Positions 14,240 to 26,100 of a stretch of 64,000 nt of DNA are shown here, one piece after another. The notes beneath the pieces were generated by a model. That model was not told the DNA's origin. It was given only the letters and a program-made list of their open reading frames with translations, and did not search any database. Every line of letters begins with the position of its first letter. Positions within the stretch are counted from its first letter, which is position 1. The position numbers and the translations under genes are program-made. Origin of the DNA: Paraspadella gotoi (Eukaryota > Animalia > Chaetognatha); the NCBI GenBank assembly GCA_051294375.1, contig CM119265.1, positions 3,625,620 to 3,689,619 of the forward strand. The letters run 5' to 3'.

Positions 14240-16830
14240 TATTGACAAAATTGGATTTTTAAATAGAAAAAAACAAAAATGGACACATCAAAAAATCAAT
14301 TGTGGGGGAATTGCTGAGGCGGATAAAGAGAAGGAAGGAAGCGGATGCCAAAGAAAACTGTAAACTTAAAAGGGGTGATTTTCTTCCTTCAATTTTTAGA
14401 ATATCCACCAAGACAATCGTTATTAGCGCAGATAACTAATGTGGGGTATCGAACCGCCTCATCAAGAAAGAAAAAGGAAGGATTTGAAGAACTTGGCGGC
14501 GCGAGAGTGATAAGGGAAAACCTCACTACCTCCACCACAACGTTGGAGGGACGTTGAGAAAAGTAATCCGCAAAGAATCATCGGGCGGGGCGCGCTTCTT
14601 CTCGAACGCCGTGCTGTGTACTGGCGAGGTTAAACCTCGGAGATGAGGGTCGACGACTCGACAGTGAGGGAGGACGACATGGAGTGCGGCTACAACTATG
14701 TCTTACGTCGGGAGGATGGAAAAAACCCAAAGAAAGCAATTTAGATTAGGCAAAGTAAAGAGCATAATTATAAAAAGTTAAAAAGGGTAAAAAACGCGGA
14801 ACTTTTGAAGAAAACATTTTTTTGATTTTAATAGTTTTTTGTAAATTTTGATTTGAATTGTTGTTAATAAATTGTTTAAATTTGTGGATAAATTTTATAT
14901 ACTTTGTAGTTTGATTCTCTCTCACTCTCTTCTCTCTCTTACTCTCTCTCTCTGTTCTCTTTCTCTCTGTTTCTCTTTCTATAATTCTCTCTCTCTCCTG
15001 TTTCTCTTTCTATAATTCTCTTCTCTCTCTCTGTTTCTCTCTATGTCTCCCTCTCTGTTCCTCTTTGACTATATAATTTTCTCTCTCTTCTCTTCTCTCT
15101 CTGTTTTCTCTTTTTTCTTTTGTCCGCTTTTCTATTATATAAAAAGATTTTCTTTGTGTATGAACAAATGGACTTTTTAAATAGAAAAACAAATAATGGC
15201 AACACAAAATATCAATGTTGAGCGAAATTGGCCGAGCGTGAAAATAGAAGGAAGGAGGCGATGCCAAAGAAAACTGTAAACTTAAAAGGGGTGATTTTCT
15301 TCCTTCAATTTTTGAAGAATATCCACCAAGACAATCTGCTACTATGCGAAGATAACTAATGCGGAGTTGATCGACCGCCTCGTCGAGAAAGGAAAAGGAA
15401 GGATTTGAAGAAACTTGGCGGCGCCGGAGACTGCCTGTGAGTAAAGTATATATATATTTATATATATAGTAATAAGGTTCTTTTATATTTTACGATCTTT
15501 TTCTTAAAAAAATATATGTATATTCATATTTTGCACCATTTAATGGTTAAACTTAGTTTCATCCCTATCTCCCTCTGTTCCTTTTAGTTGCAGTCCTGTG
15601 TCGGTGCTTCGTGCGGCCTCTCCGCAGATCACTTCCACGGAAGGGCAAACGATCAGATTGATGCCTTCATAAAACTATGTTGATAACAGTTTGAAGACAT
15701 GTAAGGCGTTTGTTTTTTGTTGTTTGTTTGTGTCTCTTTTTATTATCATCCCATAATATATTCTTCTATGTCCTATATAACTTTTATATTACTCTCTCTT
15801 TTGTTTCTCTTTCTATAATTCTCTCTCTCTCTCTGTTTCTCTTTCTAATAGTTTCTATAATTCTCTCTTTCTCTCTCTCTCTCTGTTTTTCTCTTTTTTC
15901 TTTTCTCTCTTTCTATTATATAAAAAGATTTTCTTTGTGTATGACAAATTGGATTTTAATAGGAAAAAACAAAAATGGACACACAAAATATCAATTGGGC
16001 GGCGAATTGGCTGAGGCGGAAAAGAGAAGGAAGGAAGCGATGCCAAAGAAAACTGTAAACTTAAAAGGGGTGATTTTCTTCCTTCAATTTTTAAGAATAT
16101 CCACCAAGACAATCGTTATTATGCGAAGATAACTAATGTGGAGTTGATCGACCGCCTCATCAAGAAAGAAAAGGAAGGATCTTGAAGAACTGGCGGCGCG
16201 AGAGTGATAAGGGAAAACCTCACTACCTCCACACAAACGTGGAGGGACGTGAGAAAAGTAATCCGCAAAGAATCATCGGGCGGAGGCGGCGTTCTTCTCG
16301 ACGCCGTGTCGTGTACGGGAGGTTAAACCTCGGAACGAATGAGGTCGACGACTCCGACAGGTGAGGAGGACGACATGGAGTGCGCTACAACTATGTCTAC
16401 GTCAGGATGGAAAAAACCAAAGAAAGAATTAATTAGGCAAAGTAAAAGATATTATAAAGTAAAAAGGGTAAAAAACGGAACTTTGAAGAAACTTTTTTTG
16501 ATTTTAATAGTTTTTTCAAAACTTTTGATTTGAATTGTTGTAAATAAATTGTTTAAATTGTGTGTAATAAATTTTATATATTTTGATTTTTGATTCTCTC
16601 TCACTCTCTCTCTCTCTTACTCTCTCTCTCTGTTTCTCTTTCTCTCTGTTTCTCTTTCTATATATTCTCTCTCTCTCTGTTTCTCTTTCTATAATTCTCT
16701 CTCTCTCTCTGTTTCTCTCTATTTCTCTCTCTCTTTCTCTTTCATATCTCTCTTTCTCTCTCTCTCTGTTTTTCTCCTTTTTTTCTTTGTCACCTTTCTA
16801 TTATATAAAAGATTTTCTTTGTGTATGACA
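14240..16830 (+). repeat. Sub-array of ~0.9-kb chimeric units (gene A exon 1 fused to gene B last exon plus a CT-rich tract)
   Basis: The fusion ...GGCGGCGCGAGA|GTGATAAGGGAAAACC... occurs at ~14505 and ~16203. Each unit is followed by a (CT)-rich tract and another gene A 5' end. Confidence 0.7.
16802..16810 (+). promoter_or_regulatory. Candidate TATA box of gene A
   Basis: TATATAAAA lies ~50 bp upstream of the ATG at 16859, and the same arrangement precedes the other gene A 5' copies. Confidence 0.4.
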
Positions 16831-16858
16831 AATTGGATTTTTAAATAGAAAAACAAAA

Positions 16859-18385
16859 ATGGCAACACAACAATTCAATTGGAGCGAATTGGCCGAGGCG
16901 GAAAAGAGAAGGAAGGAGGCGATGCCAAAGAAAACTGTAAACTTAAAAGGGGTGATTTTCTTTCTCTTCAATTTTTGAAGAATATTCCACCAAGACAATC
17001 GCTACTATGCGAAGATAACTAATGCGGAGTTGATCGACCGCCTCGTCAGAGAAAGGAAAAGGATGATTTGAAAAACTTGGCGGCGCGAGACTGCCTGTGA
17101 GTAAATATATATATATTTATTATATATAGTAATAAGGTTCTTTTATATTTTACGATCTTTTCTTAAAAAAAATATATGTATATTCATATTTTGCACATTT
17201 AAGTTAAACTTAAGTTTCATCCCCTATCCTCCCTCTTTCCTTTTAGTTGCACGCCTGGTGTCTGCTTCGTGCGGCCTTCTTCGCAGTTCTCCAGGAGGGC
17301 AAACGATCACATTGATGCCTTCATAAACTATGTGATACATTTGAAAGACATGTAAGTTTGTTTTTGTTTTGTTTGTTTGTTTCTCTTTATTATTCATCCC
17401 ATATATATTCTTCTATCTATAATTAACTTTTTATATCTATAATTATGTAAATTTAATGCTTTTTTCCAATTTTTCTTTTTAGTCTCGAGATGACAGACAC
17501 ACCTTTCGAACTGCATCACACTCCCCCCGAACTCCACTACATCACGGAAGGAAAGAAGAACGGAACCCTGAAACGATTTTGGCCCCACACGGAATTGTAA
17601 TGAAGAAGAAGTCGTTTGCAGTGGAGGACAAAAGGGATGGGGAGATTAGGTTTGGTCAAGTTTATGTAGTAGAAAATGAAGATGTGTTTACGGAGGAATT
17701 TACTTCAAACAGACAAATATAATTTTTTTTTTGTTTTTTGTTTCTTTAAACCGTATAGGCAATGTAGACATACATATGACGACTTCAAAGAGAATGAGGC
17801 GAGTATCAACAGGCTCAACTACCGCCTTCGGAATCGGGCGAACTGGGTTTAATTACAGCAACCAGAAGTGGTCGTCTTCAGAATCATGGTGTGCCTTCAA
17901 AGTACAGGAAGAACTTCTTTGGTGAGATGGCGATTCTCGCCCTCCAGGCTCATCTTTGACGAATTGTCTAAACCCAGAGAAATGTGACACTTGTGAAAGC
18001 GGCGTCACAGTCAGATGATCGAAGATTGGGACGAGTAAGTTTTTTCTTGATAACGAAGCAAAAGAAAGTTGGAAAGAAAGACAGAAGGAAAGTCGCGGAG
18101 AGAGGGAGAACATGGTAAGGAAAGAAAAGGAAATGGAAAGAAAAAAAATAGAAAAGAGAGAGTACAGATAAAAAAGAATGCCAAGTTACAGAATCTCAAA
18201 AGAACAATAAACATTTACGAAATTGCTTTAAAACACAACCAAGTAAAAACGAATAAAAGAAGTTCAAGTCGGACTCAGAAGCTTTTCTTCCCGCTCCTCA
18301 TCTCGCTTTTCCTCCTCCTCTCTTTCCTCTTCATCTTCCTGCTCTTCCTCCTTCTCAAAAAGCCGTGTAAACTTTCAAAGACTAG
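16859..18385 (+). CDS. Gene A: unknown intron-containing protein, paralog of gene B; 3' exon structure uncertain
   Basis: Exons 16859-17096, 17247-17351 and 17483 onward have GT-AG ends. The three-unit consensus reads ...KEGFEELGGARLP|LHAWCLLRAAFFAVLRKANDHIDAFINYVIHLKDI|LEMTDTPSNCITLPPKLHYITEGKEERNPETILAPHGIVMKKKSFAVEDKRDGEIRFGQVYVV. Downstream segments encode HFDECLNPEKCDTC and a Lys-rich/Ser-rich tail. Individual copies carry indels. Confidence 0.55.
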
Positions 18386-18829
18386 TAAAAAAAATTGAGA
18401 GTAATTGAGTCTGATTCAGATTCAGATTAAGTATAAGGATAATATTATATACTGCAATATGTAAATTAGATTAAAGCATTCTATATACTAATTTGGATAT
18501 TAAAATGAGTACTATAATCTCATTTGCATATTGCAGTAAATCATAATGAAGTGTAAATTCAAACAAAAAATACTTGAATCAAAATGTAATATGAAAATTT
18601 CAGAGCTATTTCAAGATGAGTAGCCATATCTAAATTTTTAACTTATTATGATCCCACACTTTTATAAAACTTCATTGTAATTTTAATAATTTTTATTTTA
18701 AAAAAAACGGTAAGTCCCAGCCAATGCGTGACGCCGAAGACGACGACATCACAAAGAAGCTCACCCGAATCAATATCAAGCCTGAACCGGCTTCGCCGGT
18801 AGCTCGATAAAAAACTTAACAAACAAATT

Positions 18830-19080
18830 AATTATTTAATAAATAAAGTAAAATAAATAAAGTAAATAAATAATAAAGTAAATAAATAAAGTAATAAATA
18901 AATAAAGTAAATAATTAAATTAAGTAAATAAATAAATTAAGTAAATAAATAAATAAGTAAATAAATAAATTAAGTAAATAAATAAATTAAGTAATAAATA
19001 AATAAGTAAATAAATAAATTAAGTAAATAATAAATTAAGTAATAAATAAATTAAGTAAATAAATAAATTAGTAAATAAAT
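18830..19080. repeat. AT-rich TAAA-based minisatellite (AAGTAAATAAATAAATT); also at ~22400-22640 and ~25990-26235
   Basis: Direct inspection; it lies in the intron-like segment of pseudogene C. Confidence 0.9.
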
Positions 19081-20423
19081 GTTTATTTTTTGTCCGGTGA
19101 CTACACCGCGCGGTGTTTTTTCCGCACCTTCAAAAAAACCCTGGGACGACGAGAACTTGCTCGGCAAGTTAAAAAACTATGTCTCAAGATGGATGACATG
19201 TGAGATTGTGTTTCTTTTATATGTACCAACTTTAAATACAAACGTACAAAATATTTTTGTTTAAATGTTTTTATTTTCACACAACAAACATTGAAGTCGC
19301 AGATCGCTCGGCGTGCGATAAAGGAAACCACGATACCTCCGCCACATCGTGGAGGGGCGTGAAAGGAGAATCCTGAACGAATCATTGGACCAGCGGCGTC
19401 GTTCTCGTACAACGCCGAGTATATGGCCTATTGGACGGGATCGACGATCGGACGACGAGGAAAAGGAACTCATGTACTATCACGTTTATCTTGACAAACA
19501 AAGGGCAAGTGATGAAAAAGAAGACTTTTGCAATTGAAGACATGAGGGATGGGGAACTGAAGTTTGGTCAGGTCTACGTCGTCAATTACGACGTTTTTAT
19601 ATATAATATTACGTAGTATTACGGTTCGAGTTTCCAGAGAGAAAGAATTAATTTTTTAAACGGATAATATCGCGTTCAAAAGGTAAAATTTGATTGAGGA
19701 CAAAAAAGCCTCGGCGGGTCATGGCCTCCGTTTCAAAACAAACAAAAATAAAAATTTTTTAAACACGGTAAACAAGGATTTATAAATAAGAAAAAAAGAA
19801 AGAAAAGGATAGTAGTAGTCGCTCGGATATATCACGAGGTTGTCAAATGTCGCCATTAAATCGCGTTGGAATCGCGAAGTTCAAAGTCATGGCTATCTAG
19901 ATGACGTTCCGTGGAGCGAGATTCTGACTCGGCCCTGGAGAAAACTCACATTTTAATTACACCAACTGAAGCTCATAGCTTTTCAAGTTTGTTAAGGTAA
20001 CCGGAAGATCTAAATTTTCGGTGCTAAATAAAGTAGGAATTGAAAGAAAGAAAAAGTCCCCGATCAGCTTCAACGGGTCCATTTATTAACGTAACGAGTA
20101 GACAATTGAGCGGACAACGGAGTGGACTACAGAGTTGAAAAGCCTGAGGAAAAAACGGGTTACAAATATAACTGGCTCTCTAACAATTATTATTAAATTT
20201 CTAAGCAACAATAGACTAGCTGTTTAACTCGCTAATATACCTACTAGTTTCGGCTTCAGATCTTCATGGTGACCAAATATCGTCAAACATATTTTAGAGA
20301 ATAAAATAAATTATTTGGAGGAAAGGAGATTTCGGCCTTTTCAATCATCGATGGCTGAATGATTAAGAGTCAGGATCGGGATAGACAAAAACAATGACGA
20401 TAATTTGAATGATGGATTAATTG

Positions 20424-20548
20424 CTTAGGTTTCGGTTAGGGATAAGGTTAGTTTAGGGGATAGATATTAGGGATTAGGGTTGTGATTAAGGGTGGGTTTA
20501 GGGTTGGGATTAGGGTAAGGGATTAGGGTCATTTTTCCCAACGCTACT
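20424..20548 (+). repeat. Degenerate TTAGGG-like subterminal tract with a fixed terminus; also at 23994-24118 and 27600-27720
   Basis: About 105 bp of TTAGGG/TTAGG/TAAGGG variants followed by TCATTTTT(T/C)CCAACGCTACT. Confidence 0.85.
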
Positions 20549-22286
20549 TTTGAAGAATATCCACCAAGACAATCTCTACTATGCGAAGATAACTAATGCG
20601 GAGTTGATCGACCGCCTCGTCGAGAAAGAAAAGGAAGGATTTGAAGAACTTGGCGGCGCGAGACTGCCTGTGAGTAAATATATATATATTTATATATTAG
20701 TAATAAGGTTCTTTTATATTTTACGATCTTTTTCTTTAAAAAAAATATATGTTATTCATATTTTGCACATTTAATGTTAAACTTTAGTTTCATCCCCTAT
20801 CCTCCCCTCTTTCCTTTTAGTTGCACGCCTGGTGTGCTTCGTGCGGCCTCTTCGCAGTTCTCAGGAAGGCAAACGATCACATTGATGCTTCATAAACTAT
20901 GTGATACATTTGAAAGACATGTAAGTTTGTTTTGTTTTGTTGTTTGTTCTCTTTTATTATCATCCCATATATATTCTTCTATCTATAATTAACTTTTTAT
21001 ATTTCTATAATTATGTAAATTTAATGCTTTTTTTTCCAATTTTTCTTTTTAGTCTCGAGATGACAGACACACCTTCGAACTGCATCACACTCCCCCCGAA
21101 CTCCACTACACACGGAGGAAAGGAAGAACGGAACCCTGAAACGATTTTGGCCCCACACGGAATTGTAATGAAGAAGAAGTCGTTTGCAGTGGAGGACAAA
21201 AGGGATGGGGAGATTAGGTTTGGTCAAGTTTATGTAGTAGAAAATGAAGATGTGTTTACGGAGAATTTACTTCAAACAGACAAATATAATTTTTTTTTTT
21301 TGTTTTTTGTTTTCTTTAAACCGTATAGGCAATGTAGACATACATATGACGACTTCAAGAGAATGAGGCCGAGTATCAACAGGCTCAACTACCGCCTTCG
21401 GAATCGGGCGACTGGTTTAATTACAGCAACCAGAAGTGGTCGTCTTCAGAATCATGTGTGCCTTCAAAGTACAGGAAGAACTTCTTTGGTGAGATGGCGA
21501 TTCTTGCCCTCCAGGCTCACTTTGACGAATGTCTAAACCCAAGAGAATGTGACACTTGTGAAAGCGGCGTCACAGTCAAGTGATCGAGATTGGGACGAGT
21601 AAGTTTTTTTCTTGATAACGAAAGCAAAGAAAGTTGGAAAGAAAGACAGAAGGAAAGTCGGAGAGGAGGAGAAATGGTAAGAAAGAAAAGGAAATGGGAA
21701 AGAAAAAAAATAGAAAAGAGAGAGTACAGATAAAAAAGAATGCCCAAGTTACAGAATCTCAAAAGAACAATAAACATTTACGAAATTGCTTTAAAAACAC
21801 AACCAAGTAAAAACGATAAAAAGAAGTTCAAGTCGGACTCAGAAGCTTCTTCTTCCCGCTCCTCATCTCGCTCTTCCTCCTCCTCTCTTTCCTCTTCATC
21901 TTCCTGCTCTTCCTCCTTCTCAAAAAGCCGTGTAAAACTTTCAAAAGACTAGTAAAAAAATTGAGAGTAATTGAGTCTGATTCAGATTCAGATTAAGTAT
22001 AAGATAATATTATATACTGCATATGTAAATTAGATTAAAGCATTTCTATATACTAATTTGGATATTAAAATGAGTACTATAATCTCATTTGCATATTGCA
22101 GTAAATCATAATGAAGTGTAAATTCAAAAAAAAATACTTGAATCAAAATGTAATATGAAAATTTCAGAGCTATTTCAAGATGATTAGCCATATCTAAATT
22201 TTAACTATTATGATCCCACACTTTTATAAAACTTCATTGTAATTTATAATAATTTTTATTTAAAAAAAAACAGTAAGTCCCAGCCA

Positions 22287-23104
22287 ATGCGTGACGCCGA
22301 AAGACGACGACATCACAAAGAAGCTCACCGAATCAATATCAAGCCTGAACCGGCTTCGCCGGTAGGCTCGATAAAAAAACTTAACAAACAAATTAATTAT
22401 TTAATAAATAAAGTAAATAAATAAAGTAAATAAATAAATAAAAGTAAATAAAATAAAGTAAATAAATAAATAAAGTAAATAAATAAATTAAGTAAATAAA
22501 TAAATTAAGTAAATAAATAAATTAAGTAAATAAAATAAATTAAGTAATAATAAATTAAGTAAATAAATAAATTAAGTAAATAAATAAATTAAGTAAATAA
22601 ATAAATTAAGTAAATAAATAAATAAGTAAATAAATAAATAATATGTTTATTTTTTGTCCGGTGACTACACCGCGCGGTGTTTTTCCGCACCTTCAAGAAA
22701 AACCCCTGGGACGACGAGAACTTGCTCGGCAAGTTAAAAAACTATGTCTCCAAGATGGATGACATGTGAGAATTGTGTTTCTTTTTATATGTACAACTTT
22801 AAATACAAACGTACAAAATATTTTTGTTTAAATGTTTTTATTTTTTACACAACCAACATTGAAGTCGCAGATCGCTCGGCGTGCGATAAAGGGAAACCAC
22901 GATACCTCCGCCACATCGTGGAGGGGCGTGAAAGGAGGAATCCTGAACGAATCATTTGAGGCGGCGTCTTCTCGTACAACGCCGAGTATATGGCCTATTG
23001 GAGGGATCGACGATTCGGACGACGAGGAAAAGGAACTCATGTACTATCACGTTTATCTTGACAAACAAAGGGCAAGTGATGAAAAAGAAGACTTTTGCAA
23101 TTGA
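22287..23104 (+). pseudogene. Gene C: decayed paralog of gene B (also at ~18724-19537 and ~25877-26690)
   Basis: It aligns to gene B (LHRAVFFRTFKKNPWDDENLLGKLKNYVSKMDD; IEVADRSACDKGKPRYLRHIVEGRERRNPERII). The conserved Cys codon is TGA (22662-22664) and the splice acceptors have become CG and AA in all three units. Confidence 0.65.
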
Positions 23105-26100
23105 AGACATGAGGGATGGGGAACTGAAGTTTGGTCAGGTCTACGTCGTCAATTACGACGTTTTTATATATAATATTAACGTAGTATTACTGGTTCGAGT
23201 TCCAGAGAAAGAATTAATTTTTTAAACGGATAATATCGCGTTCAAAGGTAAAAATTTGATTGAGGACAAAAAAGCCTCGGCGGGGTTATTGCCTCCGTTT
23301 CAAAACAAACAAAAATACAAAATTTTTAAACACGGTAAACAAGGATTTATAAATAAAGAAAAAAAGAAAGAAGGATAGTAGTAGTCGCTCGGATATATCA
23401 CGAGGTTGTCAAATGTCGCCATTAAATCGCGTTGGAATCGCGAAGTTCAAAGTCATGGCTATCTAGATGACGTTCCTGGGAGCGGAGATTCTGACTCGGC
23501 CCTGGAGAAAACTCACATTTTAATTACACCCAACTGAAGCTCATAGCTTTTCAAGGTTAGTTAAGGTAACCGGAAGATCTAAATTTTCGGTGCTAAATAA
23601 AGTAGGAATTGAAAGAAAGAAGAAAGTCGCCGATCAGCTTCAACGGGTCCATTTATTAACGTAACCGAGTAGACAATTGAGCGGACAACGGAGTGGACTA
23701 CAGAGTTGAAAAGCCTGAGGAAAAAACGGGTTACAAATATAACTGGCTCTCTAACAATTTATATTAAATTTCTAAGCAACAATAGACTAGCTGTTTAACT
23801 CGCTAATTATACCTACTAGTTTCGGCTTCAGATCTTCATGGTGACCAAATATCGTCAAACATATTTAGAGAATAAAATAATTATTTGGAGGAAAGAGATT
23901 TCGGCCTTTTCAATCATCGATGGCTGAATGATTAAGAGTCAGGATCGGGATAGACAAAAACAATGACGATAATTTGAATGATGGATTAATTGCTTAGGGT
24001 TTCGGTTAGGGATAAGGTTAGTTTAGGGGATAGATATTAGGGATTAGGGTTTGTGATTAAGGTGGGTTTAGGGTTGGGATTAGGGTAAGGGATTAGGGTC
24101 ATTTTTTCCAACGCTACTTTTTTGAAGAATATCCACCAAGACAATCGCTACTATGCGAAGATAACTAATGCGGAGTTGATCGACCGCCTCGTCGAGAAAG
24201 AAAAGGAAGGATTTGAAGAACTTGGCGGCGCGAGACTGCCTGTGAGTAAATATATATATATTTATATATATAGTAATAAGGTTCTTTTATATTTTACGAT
24301 TCTTTTTCTTTAAAAAAAATATATGTATATCATATTTTGCACATTTAATGTTAAACTTAAGTTTCATCCCCTATCCTCCCCTCTTTCCTTTTAGTTGCAC
24401 GCCTGGTGTCTGCTTCGTGCGGCCTTCTTCGCAGTTCTCAGGAAGGCAAACGATCACATTGATGCTTTCATAAACTATGTGATACATTTGGAAAGACATG
24501 TAAGTTTGTTTTTTGTTTGTTGTTTGTTTGTTCTCTTTTATTATCATCCCATATATATTCTTCTATCTATAATTAACTTTTTATATTCTATAATTATGTA
24601 AATTTAATGCTTTTTTTTCCAATTTTTCTTTTTAGTCTCGAGATGACAGACACACCTTCGAACTGCATCACACTCCCCCCGAAACTCCACTACATCACGG
24701 AAGGAAAGGAAGAACGGAACCCTGAAACGATTTTGGCCCCACACGGAATTGTAATGAAGAAGAAGTCGTTTGCAGTGGAGGACAAAAGGATGGGGAGATT
24801 AGCGTTGGTCAAGTTTATGTAGTAGAAAATGAAGATGTGTTTACGGAGAATTTACTTCAAACGGACAAATATATTCTTTTTTTTTTGTTTTTGTTTTCTT
24901 TATACCGTATAGGCAATGTAGACATACATATGACGACTTCAAAGAGAATGAGGCCGAGTATCAACAGGCTCAACTACCGCCTTCGGAATCGGGCGACTGG
25001 TTTAATTACAGCAACCAGAAGTGGTCGTCTTCAGAATCATGTGTGCCTTCGAAGTACAGGAAGAACTTCTTTGGTGAGATGGCGATTCTCGCCCTCCAGG
25101 CTCACTTTGACGAATGTCTAAACCAGAGAAATGTGACACTTGTGAAAGCGGCGTCACAGTCAAGATGATCGAAGATTGGGACGAGTAAGTTTTTTTCTTG
25201 ATAACGAAGCAAAAGGAAAGTTGGAAAGAAAGACAGAAGGAAAGTCGGAGAGGAGGAGAACATGGTAAGGAAAGAAAAGGAAATGGGAAAGAAAAAAAAT
25301 AGAAAAGAGAGAGTACAGATAAAAAAGAATGCCAAGTTACAGAATCTCAAAAGAACAATAAACATTTACGAAATTGCTTTAAAACACAACCAAGTTAAAA
25401 ACGATAAAAAGAAGTTCAAGTCGGACTCAGAAGCTTCTTCTTCCCGCTCCTCATCTCGCTCTTCTCCTCCTCTCTTCCTCTTCATCTTCCTGCTCTTCCT
25501 CCTTCTCAAAAAAGCCGTGTAAAACTTTCAAAGACTAGTAAAAAAAATTAGAGTAATTGAGTCTGATTCAGATTCAGATTAAGTATAAGGATAATATTAT
25601 ATACTGCAATATGTAAATTAGATTAAAGCATTTCTATATACTAATTTGGATATTAAAATGAGTACTATAATCTCATTTGCATATTGCAGTAAATCATAAT
25701 GAAGTGTAAATTCAAACAAAAAATACTTGAATCAAAATGTAATATGAAAATTTCAGAGCTATTTCAAGATGAGTAGCCATATCTAAATTTTTAACTTATT
25801 ATGATCCCACACTTTTATAAACTTCATTGTAATTTATAATAATTTTTATTTAAAAAAAACGGTTAAGTCCCAGCCAATGCGTGACGCCGAAGACGACGAC
25901 ATCACAAAGAAGCTCACCCGAATCAATATCAAGCCTGAACCGGCTTCGCCGGTAGGCTCGATAAAAAAACTTAACAAACAAATTAATTATTTAATAAATA
26001 AAGTAAATAAAAATAAAGTAAATAAATAAAGTAAATAAATAAATAAAGTAATAAATAAATTAAGTATAAAATAAATAAGTAAATAAATAAAATTAAAGTT

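Noticed and set aside
22287-23104. Non-canonical intron system (CG/AA acceptors) in gene C
   Set aside because: The same copy has an in-frame TGA at a conserved Cys, and host genes use AG acceptors, so pseudogene decay is the simpler explanation.
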